From the NCBI GenBank assembly GCA_014381465.1, contig JACNLP010000051.1, positions 689 through 64,688 on the forward strand: a DNA stretch of 64,000 nucleotides, written 5' to 3'. This document shows positions 46,042-56,343 of this stretch, one piece after another (within the stretch, counting starts at the first letter, position 1; every line of letters begins with the position of its first letter). Below the pieces are notes generated by a model. The model worked only from the letters and a program-made list of their open reading frames with translations, had not been told where the DNA came from and ran no database searches. This DNA comes from Flavobacteriales bacterium (GTDB lineage Bacteria > Bacteroidota > Bacteroidia > Flavobacteriales > BACL11). A program made the position numbers and the translations under genes.

Positions 46042-47973
46042 TTAAATCGTTAGCGGCACTTTTTTATTAGCTGTTAGTTTTTCCACTGCTGATACAATGG
46101 CTTTTTTATCATAGCCACATTCGTTTCTTAACTCTTCTTGCGTGCCATGGTTTATAAATTCATCTGGTATGCCCAATCGAACTACTTCTGATTTATAGTT
46201 GTTATCTACCATAAACTCCAAAACAGCTGAGCCAAATCCACCTTGTAAACAGCCATCTTCAATAGTAATTATTTTGTCAAATTTTTGGAAAATAATATGG
46301 AGTAAATCCTCATCTAATGGTTTTACAAAACGCATATCATAATGAGCAATATTTAAGTCCATTTTTTTAAAATCCTCTCTAGCATTTATTACAAAATTTC
46401 CAGTATGCCCTATGCTTAGAATGGCTATTTCTGTTCCTTCATTTATTATTTTCCCCTTTCCAATTTCTAACTCTTCAAATGGTGTTTCCCAATTTTCCAT
46501 TACGCCTTTTCCTCTTGGGTATCGAATAGAAAAAGGTCCTTTATTTGGTAGTTGTGCCGTGTACATCATATTGCGTAATTCCTGTTCATTCATTGGAGCA
46601 GCAACCACCATATTTGGAATACACCTAAGATAAGCAATATCATATGTTCCATGATGGGTAGCGCCATCTGCACCTACCAAACCACCTCTATCTAGGCAGA
46701 AAACAACATTCAAATTTTGAAGTGCCACATCATGTATAAGTTGGTCGTAAGCTCTTTGCATAAAAGAGGAATAAATATTGCAAAAAGGGATTAATCCTTG
46801 TGTGGCCATTCCAGCCGAAAAAGTAACTGCATGTTGTTCGGCAATTCCCACATCAAAAGTTCTTTCTGGCATTGCTTGCATCATCAAATTCAAAGAACTT
46901 CCACTTAGCATGGCTGGGCTTACCCCAACAATTTTTTCATTCTTTTTTGCCAGTTCAATAATGCTTTCCCCAAATACTTGCTGATATTTTATTGGAGCAT
47001 CTTTTTTGCTTTTTTGCATTATTATTTTTCCGGTATCTTTTTCAAAAAGTCCTGGTGCATGCCACTTAGTTGCACAACCCTTTTCTGCAGGATTATATCC
47101 TTTCCCCTTTTTAGTAAGGCAATGTAAAATTTTAGGACCTGGAATATTTTTCAAATCTTTCAAAACAGTAGCCAAATGCTTTACATCATGCCCATCAATA
47201 GGTCCAAAATATCTAAAATTCAAAGATTCAAAATAATTACTTTCTCCAAGAAGTGTTGATTTTATAGCTCTTTCTACTTTTTGAGCCACCTTTTGGGCGT
47301 TGGGTCCAAATTGACTTATTTTCCCTAAAATCCGCCAAATTTTGTTTTTTGCTTTATTATAAGTTTTAGATGTAGAAATATCGGTTAAGTATTCTTTCAA
47401 TGCCCCAACTGCTGGGTCAATAGACATGCAATTGTCATTCAAAATAACCAACAAATTAGAGTTTTCTGCCCCTGCATGATTTAACCCCTCAAAAGCCATT
47501 CCTGCCGTCATAGAACCATCTCCAATTATTGCAATATGCTGTTTATCTTTGTCGCCTTTTTGTTTTGAAGCAACTGCCATGCCTAGTGCTGCCGAAATGG
47601 AAGTAGAAGAATGTCCTGTTCCAAAAGTATCATATTTACTCTCGCTTCTTTTTGGAAAACCGCTAATTCCTTTATAAACCCTGTTAGTATGAAAGTTATC
47701 CTTTCTTTCAGTAAGTATTTTATGTCCGTATGCCTGATGTCCAACATCCCAAACTAATTGGTCTTTTGGGGTATTAAATACATAATGAAGTGCAATAGTA
47801 AGTTCCACTACTCCCAAACTTGCCCCTAAATGTCCGCCATTTTCGGAAACAATATCAATAATATATTGCCTAAGTTGCTTGCTTAATTTAGGTAATTGAT
47901 TTTTTCTCAATTTCCTTAAATCGCTTGGCGAATTAATGATTTGTAATAAATCTCCCTGTTTGTACTTATTCAT
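46042..47973 (-). CDS. dxs: 1-deoxy-D-xylulose-5-phosphate synthase
   Basis: GHLGASLGVVELT, WDVGHQAYGHK, GHSSTSISA, GDGSMTAG...LNDN, DVGIAEQHAV. Confidence 0.98.
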   Translation of the reverse strand: MNKYKQGDLLQIINSPSDLRKLRKNQLPKLSKQLRQYIIDIVSENGGHLGASLGVVELTIALHYVFNTPKDQLVWDVGHQAYGHKILTERKDNFHTNRVYKGISGFPKRSESKYDTFGTGHSSTSISAALGMAVASKQKGDKDKQHIAIIGDGSMTAGMAFEGLNHAGAENSNLLVILNDNCMSIDPAVGALKEYLTDISTSKTYNKAKNKIWRILGKISQFGPNAQKVAQKVERAIKSTLLGESNYFESLNFRYFGPIDGHDVKHLATVLKDLKNIPGPKILHCLTKKGKGYNPAEKGCATKWHAPGLFEKDTGKIIMQKSKKDAPIKYQQVFGESIIELAKKNEKIVGVSPAMLSGSSLNLMMQAMPERTFDVGIAEQHAVTFSAGMATQGLIPFCNIYSSFMQRAYDQLIHDVALQNLNVVFCLDRGGLVGADGATHHGTYDIAYLRCIPNMVVAAPMNEQELRNMMYTAQLPNKGPFSIRYPRGKGVMENWETPFEELEIGKGKIINEGTEIAILSIGHTGNFVINAREDFKKMDLNIAHYDMRFVKPLDEDLLHIIFQKFDKIITIEDGCLQGGFGSAVLEFMVDNNYKSEVVRLGIPDEFINHGTQEELRNECGYDKKAIVSAVEKLTANKKVPLTI

Positions 47974-48103
47974 CTTATAAATAAAAAGGCATGTAAATTA
48001 GGCAAAGATAGGAAATCTTATCAAAAACATTATTTTTTTCTTATTTGCTATTTAAAAATCCAAATTATTACCTTTGTAGAAAAGAAAATTAATTTTAAAA
48101 AGA

Positions 48104-49537
48104 ATGAAAATAAAAGAAATTCTAAAAGCAAAAGGCGAAAATCAAGAAGTAAAAATAAAAGGCTGGGTAAGAACTAAAAGGGGTAGCAAACATGTTTTCT
48201 TTATTGCCTTAAATGATGGCTCTACTATTAGTAACATTCAAATTGTAGCAGAAGGGGAAAATTTTTCAGAAGAATTAATTAAGCAAATAACTACTGGATC
48301 ATGCATTGCTGCAGAAGGAAATTTGGTAGAATCAAAAGGTAGCGGACAAGCGGTTGAAATATTAGCTAATAAAATAGAAATTCTTGGTAGTGCTGATGCA
48401 GATGAGTATCCTTTGCAGCCTAAAAAGCACTCTTTAGAATTTTTAAGAGAAAAGGCACATTTACGATTTAGAACAAACACTTTTTCGGCTGTGTTTAGAT
48501 TGCGACATGCTCTTACTTTTGCTGTTCACAAATTTTTTAACGATAAAGGTTTTTTCAATTTACACACCCCTATTATTACAGGAGCAGATGCGGAAGGTGC
48601 AGGAGAAATGTTTGGGGTTACTAATTTTGATTTAAGCAATATTCCAAAAAATGAAAATGGAGAAGTTGATTATTCTAAAGATTTTTTTGGAAGCAAAACC
48701 AACCTTACAGTTTCTGGGCAGCTAGAAGCAGAATTGGCGGCTTTGGCATTAGGGCAAGTATATACTTTTGGACCAACTTTTAGAGCAGAAAACTCTAATA
48801 CATCAAGGCATTTGTCGGAATTTTGGATGATAGAACCAGAAGTTGCTTTTGCTGATTTGGATGATAATATGAATTTAGCAGAGGAATTTTTAAAATTCTG
48901 TATTCAATATTGCATTGATAATAATGCGGATGATTTGCGCTTTTTAGATAACAGATTAGAAGATCAAGAAAAGAATTTAAAAAAAGAAGAACGATCAGAA
49001 ATGGGACTTTTAGAGCGGCTTCAATTTGTAATTGAAAATAATTTTCATAGATTAACTTATAGAGAGGCGATTGATATTTTACGCAACTCCAAACCCAATA
49101 AAAAGAAAAAGTTCCAATATATTATTGAAGGATTTGGTTCTGATTTGCAGTCCGAACACGAAAGGTATTTGGTAGAAAAGAAATTCAAAAAACCAGTAAT
49201 TATTACTGATTACCCAAAAGGAATAAAGGCTTTTTACATGAAGCAAAACAAAGATGGGGAAACCGTTAGGGCAATGGATATTCTTTTTCCACTTATTGGA
49301 GAAATTATTGGAGGCTCTCAAAGAGAAGAAAACTTAGAACTTTTAGAAAAAAGGATGGACGAAATGGATGTAGATAAAAAAGAGTTATGGTGGTATCTGG
49401 AAACAAGAAAATTTGGAACTTGTGTGCATTCTGGCTTTGGTTTAGGTTTTGAAAGGTTGGTTATGTTTGTAACAGGAATGAAAAATATCAGAGATGTAAT
49501 TCCCTTTCCAAGAACGCCACAGAATGCTGAATTTTAA
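48104..49537 (+). CDS. asnS: Asparagine--tRNA ligase
   Basis: [50 protein letters not shown]; TACCTTTG at 48069-48076. Confidence 0.97.
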   Translation: MKIKEILKAKGENQEVKIKGWVRTKRGSKHVFFIALNDGSTISNIQIVAEGENFSEELIKQITTGSCIAAEGNLVESKGSGQAVEILANKIEILGSADADEYPLQPKKHSLEFLREKAHLRFRTNTFSAVFRLRHALTFAVHKFFNDKGFFNLHTPIITGADAEGAGEMFGVTNFDLSNIPKNENGEVDYSKDFFGSKTNLTVSGQLEAELAALALGQVYTFGPTFRAENSNTSRHLSEFWMIEPEVAFADLDDNMNLAEEFLKFCIQYCIDNNADDLRFLDNRLEDQEKNLKKEERSEMGLLERLQFVIENNFHRLTYREAIDILRNSKPNKKKKFQYIIEGFGSDLQSEHERYLVEKKFKKPVIITDYPKGIKAFYMKQNKDGETVRAMDILFPLIGEIIGGSQREENLELLEKRMDEMDVDKKELWWYLETRKFGTCVHSGFGLGFERLVMFVTGMKNIRDVIPFPRTPQNAEF

Positions 49538-50874
49538 TGAACAAGCAAAGATTACAACAAAATCAGAAATTAAAATTATCCCCAAAACAAATTCAGTTTT
49601 TGGGGCTTTTGCAAATTCCGTTAACTTCATTAGAAAGTAGAATTGAAGAAGAATTAGAAAAAAATCCTGCTTTGGAAGAGGAGATTATAGAGGAAGAAGA
49701 ATCGGATTCTCTACAAGAACAAAGCTACTACAAAAGAAACAATCCTGATTTTTTGCCCCCTCCAATTCCTGAAAAAGAGCAAACACTTTACGACTCTCTT
49801 TTAAAGCAACTGTCATTATTAAATTTGGACGAAAGAGAGTATGATTTGGCTGAGTATCTAATTGGTTACCTAGATGATAATGGTTATCTAACAAGAGATT
49901 TGTATATTATAGAAAATGATCTTTTGTTAAATCAGGATTTGGAAGTTTTGGAAAAAGAATTAGAGAAAGTTCTGCAAAAGATCCAAACTCTAGAACCAAA
50001 AGGAATTGGTGCCAGAAATTTAAAGGAGTGCCTGATTCTACAATTACTTGCAAAAGAACAAACAAATGTGATAAAAAATACAATTGATGTTTTGCAAAAC
50101 TTTTATGATCCTTTTAGTAAAAAGAATTTCAAAGCCATTTTAAGAAATAGTGAAATAACAGAACGCCAATTAAAAACAGTTTATCTGGAGGTAGGAAAAC
50201 TAAATCCAAATCCAGGAAGTTTGTTTTCTAATTCTGCTGAAATAACAAATTATATTATACCTGATTTTTCTGTTTCTGACTATAATGGAAAGCTAAATTT
50301 GAAGTTAAATAAAAGTAATAATCGACAAGTTTTTGTAAACAAACAATACGAAAAAATGCTTGTAGAAACCAAAGATAAAGATACGAAAGATTTTATAAAA
50401 CAAAAAATTGAATCGGCACAATGGTTTGTAGATGCCATCAAGCAAAGAGAAAACACCCTGCAAAATGTGATGTTAGCTATTTTAGAATTTCAGCATGACT
50501 ATTTTACTAGTGGAGATGAAAAAGATTTAAAACCAATGATATTGATGGATATTGCCCAAAAAGTAAATATGGACATTTCTACTATTTCAAGGGTTAGCAA
50601 TAGCAAGTATGTAGAAACATTTTTTGGAACTTTTCTCTTGAAAGAACTTTTTTCTGAAGCATACAGAAAAGAAGATGGAACAGAAATCTCAAACAAAGAA
50701 ATAAAGAAAACTTTAAAAGAAATTTTGGAAACAGAAGATAAAAAACAACCACTAAATGATGAAAAATTGGCGACACTTCTAGGGAAACAAGAGTATCATA
50801 TTGCTAGAAGAACAGTAGCAAAATACAGGGAACAACTCCATATTCCTGTTGCCAGATTAAGAAGAGTTTTATAA
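49537..50874 (+). CDS. rpoN: RNA polymerase sigma-54 factor
   Basis: Gln/Leu-rich region I, LKPM...D(I)A...DISTISRV, RpoN box ARRTVAKYRE; TAATG overlap with asnS. Confidence 0.97.
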   Translation: MNKQRLQQNQKLKLSPKQIQFLGLLQIPLTSLESRIEEELEKNPALEEEIIEEEESDSLQEQSYYKRNNPDFLPPPIPEKEQTLYDSLLKQLSLLNLDEREYDLAEYLIGYLDDNGYLTRDLYIIENDLLLNQDLEVLEKELEKVLQKIQTLEPKGIGARNLKECLILQLLAKEQTNVIKNTIDVLQNFYDPFSKKNFKAILRNSEITERQLKTVYLEVGKLNPNPGSLFSNSAEITNYIIPDFSVSDYNGKLNLKLNKSNNRQVFVNKQYEKMLVETKDKDTKDFIKQKIESAQWFVDAIKQRENTLQNVMLAILEFQHDYFTSGDEKDLKPMILMDIAQKVNMDISTISRVSNSKYVETFFGTFLLKELFSEAYRKEDGTEISNKEIKKTLKEILETEDKKQPLNDEKLATLLGKQEYHIARRTVAKYREQLHIPVARLRRVL

Positions 50875-51473
50875 TGCGAATTTCTAAAATATTTTCTTTT
50901 GTCTTCCACCCCATTTTAATGCCAACTTACGCTATATTTCTCTTATTTACATTCACTCCTTTTCTTTCTGAGTTTATGAATATTTCACAAAAAACACAAA
51001 TATTAAAACTGACTATAATCTTTACTTTTTTACTCCCTGTTTTTAGCGTATTAATACTTAAAAAGTTCAAAGTAGTAACCTCCATTTATATGGAAAACAG
51101 GAAGGAAAGAAGGTGGCCTTTGCTTCTTGCAATAGGATCGTATTATCTCCTTTTTCGCCTTTTTGATGCGATACATATTCACTATGTAATAATTCAACTT
51201 TTGCTTGGAGCCATGCTCATTTTGTTCCTTTCAGCTATTGTGTCTAATTTCTGGAAAATTTCCTTACACATGTTAGGAATTGGTGGAGTTATAGGTGCTT
51301 TTTTGGCAATACATTATTTATTTGGAGGAGATATTAATTTAATAATTACTATCATATTTTGTGCAGGATTAGTTGGGTTTTCTAGAATTAATGAAAAAGC
51401 ACATAATCTTAAACAGGTTTATTTGGGATTTGTAGTAGGGGTAATTACAGAGTTTTTGATTTTTCTTTTTTAA
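50874..51473 (+). CDS. Multi-pass membrane protein (PAP2-like C-terminus), usual neighbour of rpoN in Bacteroidota
   Basis: FHP.LMP, KISLHM.G.GG, GFSR....AH...QV..G; about six hydrophobic helices. Confidence 0.7.
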   Translation: MRISKIFSFVFHPILMPTYAIFLLFTFTPFLSEFMNISQKTQILKLTIIFTFLLPVFSVLILKKFKVVTSIYMENRKERRWPLLLAIGSYYLLFRLFDAIHIHYVIIQLLLGAMLILFLSAIVSNFWKISLHMLGIGGVIGAFLAIHYLFGGDINLIITIIFCAGLVGFSRINEKAHNLKQVYLGFVVGVITEFLIFLF

Positions 51474-51517
51474 GAAGAATATTCTAAAATTTGTTTATCA
51501 TTGCAAAAAAACAAGAA

Positions 51518-51979
51518 ATGAGCGAACCTTCTGCTAAGATAATTAAACCAAAAGTAGAAAGAAAGAGGCATATTGCAAAAACAATTACATGGCGTATTGT
51601 TGGTTCAATTGATACATTTATTATTAGTACATTTTTTACAAGTTCGATTGAAAAAGGATTTTTAATTGCTATTTTAGAAATAATTAGCAAAACAGTTTTA
51701 TATTATTTTCATGAAAGAGCTTGGTATTCTTTTGATTGGAAACTAGGAGATCAAAAAAGGCACTTATTAAAGACTCTTAGTTGGAGATTTGTTGGTGCTA
51801 TGGATACTATATTGCTTGTTATGATAGTCTCTTATTTTAAAGACGGAACAACTCAAGGAGCAATTAAAATAGCTCTTTCCATATTTTCGATAGAACTAAT
51901 CTCCAAAATAATTTTATATTATTTGCACGAAAGAATTTGGCACAAATCTAATTGGGGCGTAATTAAAACAGAAGATTAA
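51518..51979 (+). CDS. Tandem DUF2061 membrane protein
   Basis: Two copies of RH..KT.(T/S)WR.VG..DT...E...K..LYY.HER.W; ATG at 51518 preferred to the TTG at 51491. Confidence 0.85.
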   Translation: MSEPSAKIIKPKVERKRHIAKTITWRIVGSIDTFIISTFFTSSIEKGFLIAILEIISKTVLYYFHERAWYSFDWKLGDQKRHLLKTLSWRFVGAMDTILLVMIVSYFKDGTTQGAIKIALSIFSIELISKIILYYLHERIWHKSNWGVIKTED

Positions 51980-52638
51980 TCATCTTCTTTGTAAAAATAA
52001 TTAATATTTATCTCGGTATTTTCACCTCTTTCTTTTTCTAATTCTTCTTCTATTTCCCATTGGTATTTTTTGCGTTCAGGACCTTCATTTTTGTAGAATA
52101 AAGCAACTATAATTCCCGCCATCATTCCTGCTAAATGCCCTTCCCATGATACGCCTTCTTTTGTTGGAAGTACGCCCCATATCATTGAGCCATACAAGAA
52201 AATAATTACCATAGATACTGCTGATAATCTTGGGTTTTTTCGGATGATGCCACTTACAAATAAAAAAGAAGCTAAAGCATAAATAATGCCACTTGCCCCA
52301 ATGTGAAATGATGGTCGCCCAATAATCCAAAGCCAAAAACCAGAGATAAAAAAGAGCCAAGCTAAAAGTTGAGGTGCGATTTTTTTATAAAAAGCAAATA
52401 ACATACCTCCTAAAATTAAAATAGGATAAGAATTATTAATTAGATGAGTAAAATCTCTATGAATAAAAGGTGAAAAAAGAATACCTTTTAATCCGCTTGC
52501 AGTTTGAGGAAATACTCCAAATTGCACAAAAGAGATTTTAAAATTCATTTCAATAATCTTTACAGCCCACATGAGGATTAAAAAGGTAAAAGGAATAAAT
52601 AAAATGGAAAAAAGTTCTTTTTTGCTTGAGCTGTTCAT
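51976..52638 (-). CDS. Rhomboid family intramembrane serine protease
   Basis: H.D..HL.NN, HIGASG (catalytic Ser), SWEGHLAG (catalytic His); ATG at 52638 preferred. Confidence 0.92.
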   Translation of the reverse strand: MNSSSKKELFSILFIPFTFLILMWAVKIIEMNFKISFVQFGVFPQTASGLKGILFSPFIHRDFTHLINNSYPILILGGMLFAFYKKIAPQLLAWLFFISGFWLWIIGRPSFHIGASGIIYALASFLFVSGIIRKNPRLSAVSMVIIFLYGSMIWGVLPTKEGVSWEGHLAGMMAGIIVALFYKNEGPERKKYQWEIEEELEKERGENTEININYFYKEDD

Positions 52639-52713
52639 TAGTAATATTTGAAGCAATAAAAATAATAATTTACTTCTTTATTTAGCGTATTAAATTGTAT
52701 TTTTACCTTAGAT

Positions 52714-55485
52714 ATGTCAAAGCCAAAAAAATTATTTTTAATTGATGCCTTTGCTTTAATTTATAGAGCATATTTTGCATTTATTAAAAACCCAAGAATC
52801 AATTCAAAAGGACTAAATACTTCTGCTATCTTTGGTTTTACAAACTCCTTAATTGAGGTAATCAACAAACAAAATCCATCTCATTTAGCGGTTGTTTTCG
52901 ACACTAAAAAACCAACCCAAAGGCACATAGATTTTCCAGAATATAAAGCCCACAGAGAAGCAATGCCAGAAGGAATAAGTGAAGCATTGCCTTATATTGA
53001 TAAATTATTGGAAGCAATGAAAATTCCAAAATTGTATAAAGATGGATTTGAAGCAGATGATGTAATTGGTACTTTAGCAAAAAAAGCGGAAAAGGAAGAT
53101 TTTCAAGTTTTTATGATGACCTCAGACAAAGATTTTGCGCAACTGGTTACTGAAAATATATTTATGTACCGCCCAGGAAATAAATGGCAGCCAACTGCTG
53201 TTTGGGGAATCCCTGAAGTATTGGAAAAGTTTGATATACAAAGAGTAGATCAAGTAATTGACTTTTTAGGAATGATGGGCGATACTGCTGATAATATCCC
53301 TGGAATTCCTGGAGTTGGAAAAAAAACTGCCCAGAAATTTATTGCTGAATACGGAAGCATGGAAGGCTTATTTGAAAATACAGATAAGTTGAAAGGAAAA
53401 ATGAAAGAGAAGGTAGAAACGGCAAAAGATATTGGCCTGCAATCCAAACAGTTAGTCACCATTATTACGGATGTGCCAATTGAATTTGATGCAGAAGATT
53501 TAAGGGTTGAAGCAAAAGATGAAGAAGCTATAAAATCTCTTTTTGAAGAATTAGAATTCCGTGCACTCTTGCCGAGAGTTTTGGCCTCTAAATCCAATAC
53601 ACAAGAAAAAAAAGTAACAGTAGAAACAGAAGAAAAAGTTCAGAGAGATGGAGGGCAAATGGATCTTTTTTCATCAACAGAGAGTGTGCTAAAAGAGCCA
53701 AAATCAATTCCCAATAATTACAAATTGATTACTACTATTGATGAAGCCAATAAAGTGTTGGCGTCATTTTCTGCAAAACAAAAATTTGCTATTGGGCTTT
53801 GTTGCACTACTTCCAATTTTTTAGATGCTAAGATTCTAGGGGTATCCATCTGCTGTGAAAAAGAACATTCGTTTTTTATTTTTCTACCTGAAAAAGAGTT
53901 GTCTAATTTACTCAGACCTTTATTAGAAAATGAAAGTGTTATACTTATTGGAAATGATTTAAAATTTCAGATAAAAGTACTAGCCCGAAACAACATCCAA
54001 GTAAAAGCCCAACTTTCTGATATTGGCATTTCCCATTATCTTTTACACCCTGATATGCGGCATGATTTAAGTATTCTAACGGAAAATCATTTGCATTACA
54101 GCATTAGTACTTTGGAGGATTTGATTGGGAAAGGAAAATTGAAAAAAGAAATTTTGGATTTAGAAAAGAATGATTTATCTAATTTTTACAATCAGCAAAC
54201 AGATGCTATTTGGCAAATCCATTCTATATTTAACAAACAAATGAATGATGTAAAAGTTAATAAACTTTTTGAAGAAATTGAAATGCCTCTTGTAAAAGTA
54301 TTGTCTAAAATGGAAATGCAGGGGTTTAAGATAGATGATAAAATGCTGGCTGATTACGCTTTAATTTTATCAGATGAAATAGAGAAAATCTCAAAAGAAA
54401 TAAATAAATTATCTGGAGAAGATTTTAATATTGCCTCACCAAAACAATTAGGAGAAGTTTTGTTTGAAAAAATGAAACTCTCTAAAAAGGCGAAAAAGAC
54501 AAAATCAGGGCAGTATTCCACATCAGAAGAAACGCTATTAAAATTAAAAGACAAGCATCCAATTATTAAGCAAATATTAGAGTATAGAGAAATTAAAAAA
54601 TTGCTTTCTACCTATATTCTTGCATTGCCAGAATTAATCAGTGAGAAAACTAAAAGAATTCACACTACTTTTAATCAATCAGTAGCATCTACTGGAAGAT
54701 TGAGTTCTATTAATCCTAATTTGCAAAACATTCCAATAAGGACTAAAAGAGGAAGAAAAACAAGAGAGGCCTTTGTGCCAAGAGATGAAAATTACACTTT
54801 AATGGCTGCTGATTATTCTCAAATTGAACTAAGAATAATGGCCTCATTAAGTAAAGATGAGGGGATGCTTACGGCTTTTAATAATGGTGTTGATATTCAT
54901 ACTGCTACTGCCGCAAAAGTTTTTAAAGTTGATGTTAAGGATGTGGATAGAAATATGCGTTCAAAGGCAAAATCAGTAAATTTTGGAATTATTTATGGAA
55001 TCTCAGCTTTCGGACTTTCTCAAAATATTGGGGTTAGTCGTACAGAGGCAAAGGAAATAATTGATGAGTATTTTCAAGAATTTCCTAAAGTAAAAGAATA
55101 TATGAATTTCTCTATTGACAAAGCAAGAGAGAATGAATTTGTGGAAACCATACTAGGAAGAAGAAGGTATTTGAAGGAGATTAATTCTAGAAACGGCATG
55201 CTTAGAGCAATGGCTGAAAGAAATGCAATAAATGCACCTATTCAAGGGTCAGCAGCTGATATTATCAAAAAAGCAATGATTGATATTCAATTGGAAATGG
55301 AGCAAATGCAAATGAAATCGAAAATGCTATTGCAAGTGCATGATGAATTAGTTTTTGATATGCATAATTCTGAATCAGAAGAATTAAAAGCCCTTGTAAA
55401 AGAGAAGATGGAACAAGCAGTAGAATTAAGCGTCCCCCTTATTGTGGATTTGGGTACAGGAGATAATTGGTTAGAAGCACACTAA
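52714..55485 (+). CDS. polA: DNA polymerase I; 5'-3' nuclease and polymerase motifs intact, 3'-5' exonuclease motifs degenerate
   Basis: LIDA.ALIYRA, EADDVIG, SDKD; motif A ADYSQIELR, motif B KSVNFGIIYG, motif C VHDELVF. Confidence 0.98.
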   Translation: MSKPKKLFLIDAFALIYRAYFAFIKNPRINSKGLNTSAIFGFTNSLIEVINKQNPSHLAVVFDTKKPTQRHIDFPEYKAHREAMPEGISEALPYIDKLLEAMKIPKLYKDGFEADDVIGTLAKKAEKEDFQVFMMTSDKDFAQLVTENIFMYRPGNKWQPTAVWGIPEVLEKFDIQRVDQVIDFLGMMGDTADNIPGIPGVGKKTAQKFIAEYGSMEGLFENTDKLKGKMKEKVETAKDIGLQSKQLVTIITDVPIEFDAEDLRVEAKDEEAIKSLFEELEFRALLPRVLASKSNTQEKKVTVETEEKVQRDGGQMDLFSSTESVLKEPKSIPNNYKLITTIDEANKVLASFSAKQKFAIGLCCTTSNFLDAKILGVSICCEKEHSFFIFLPEKELSNLLRPLLENESVILIGNDLKFQIKVLARNNIQVKAQLSDIGISHYLLHPDMRHDLSILTENHLHYSISTLEDLIGKGKLKKEILDLEKNDLSNFYNQQTDAIWQIHSIFNKQMNDVKVNKLFEEIEMPLVKVLSKMEMQGFKIDDKMLADYALILSDEIEKISKEINKLSGEDFNIASPKQLGEVLFEKMKLSKKAKKTKSGQYSTSEETLLKLKDKHPIIKQILEYREIKKLLSTYILALPELISEKTKRIHTTFNQSVASTGRLSSINPNLQNIPIRTKRGRKTREAFVPRDENYTLMAADYSQIELRIMASLSKDEGMLTAFNNGVDIHTATAAKVFKVDVKDVDRNMRSKAKSVNFGIIYGISAFGLSQNIGVSRTEAKEIIDEYFQEFPKVKEYMNFSIDKARENEFVETILGRRRYLKEINSRNGMLRAMAERNAINAPIQGSAADIIKKAMIDIQLEMEQMQMKSKMLLQVHDELVFDMHNSESEELKALVKEKMEQAVELSVPLIVDLGTGDNWLEAH

Positions 55486-55489
55486 TTAG

Positions 55490-55702
55490 TTATTCTTTTT
55501 TTCGGAATAACAAATATAAAACTACTAATGCGATTACTCCAATAAAAGAAGGCCCTGCATCTTGAATGTTCCCAATAGGATCCCATCCTAAAAGTTTATC
55601 GTCAATTAAAAGTTGAACAATAACCCCTAAACAAAGAAAATAAAGGGCTAAAGAGATGATTTTTTTAAGTAATTTAGTGATTTGCTCAAATAACTTTTCC
55701 AT
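55490..55702 (-). CDS. Small (70-aa) hydrophobic membrane protein, paralog of 55822-56049
   Basis: Amphipathic N-terminus, two hydrophobic segments, basic tail; own promoter TTTG-N19-TAAGTTTG on the minus strand (55754-55757 and 55727-55734). Confidence 0.75.
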   Translation of the reverse strand: MEKLFEQITKLLKKIISLALYFLCLGVIVQLLIDDKLLGWDPIGNIQDAGPSFIGVIALVVLYLLFRKKE

Positions 55703-55770
55703 AGTTCTTAGTTTTTAAATAGTTTTCAAACTTAAACTATAATTATTAATTTACAAAGTTTGTTGTTAAA

Positions 55771-55805
55771 ATAAAATAGCCCTGCTAGATGCAGGGCTAT
55801 TTTAT
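55771..55805 (-). terminator. Intrinsic terminator between the two small membrane-protein genes
   Basis: ATAAAATAGCCCTGC-tagat-GCAGGGCTATTTTAT, perfect 15-bp stem. Confidence 0.88.
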
Positions 55806-55821
55806 ATACTAATAGTTAATT

Positions 55822-56049
55822 TTATTTTCCGTTTAAAAGAGAAAATAAAACCATTAAACCAACTAGCCCTGCAAAACCTGCTCCTCCAAGACCATTGATT
55901 ACTGCCATCACATTGTCAATAACAGTCATTCCAAACATTGCACCTCCTCCAAAAAGGATTTCAACTGCAATACCAAGCCCTAACACAGTCATAATAAGAC
56001 CAGTCAAACCTTTAAAAAAACCGTTAAAGTACTTAAATACATTGTCCAT
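55822..56049 (-). CDS. Small (75-aa) Gly-rich membrane hairpin protein
   Basis: MDNVFKYFNGFFKGLTG...GLGGAGFAGLVGLMVLF; ATG at 56049 chosen because the ORF-track TTG (56082) lies inside the -7 element TAAGTTTG at 56080-56087. Confidence 0.8.
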   Translation of the reverse strand: MDNVFKYFNGFFKGLTGLIMTVLGLGIAVEILFGGGAMFGMTVIDNVMAVINGLGGAGFAGLVGLMVLFSLLNGK

Positions 56050-56343
56050 AATAAAAAATAATTTGGTTAATACTGATGCCAAACTTAGAACATAATTTGC
56101 TTGAAACTAAAAAGTTGTATAAAAAATCTTTTAAAAGTTAGTTTTTGCCTCCTCAATTATTTTGTATAAATATCATAGTTTTAAATAACTAAAAATCAAT
56201 ACAATACATACAAGTATTTGATAATCAAAGCGGTAAAATGGACGGCTTTTTAAACATGAAAATGTTAAGAATTGTAAGGTGTTATAATTAACTGATAATC
56301 AATATGTAAAACGAAAAATTAGTGTAAAACAACTTAATAAGTA

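Noticed and set aside
56066-56083. Sigma-54 promoter (TGGCAT-N5) for the small membrane protein, prompted by rpoN in the window
   Set aside because: The -12 TTGC element is absent (TTAA), and a consensus TAAGTTTG housekeeping element overlaps the site.
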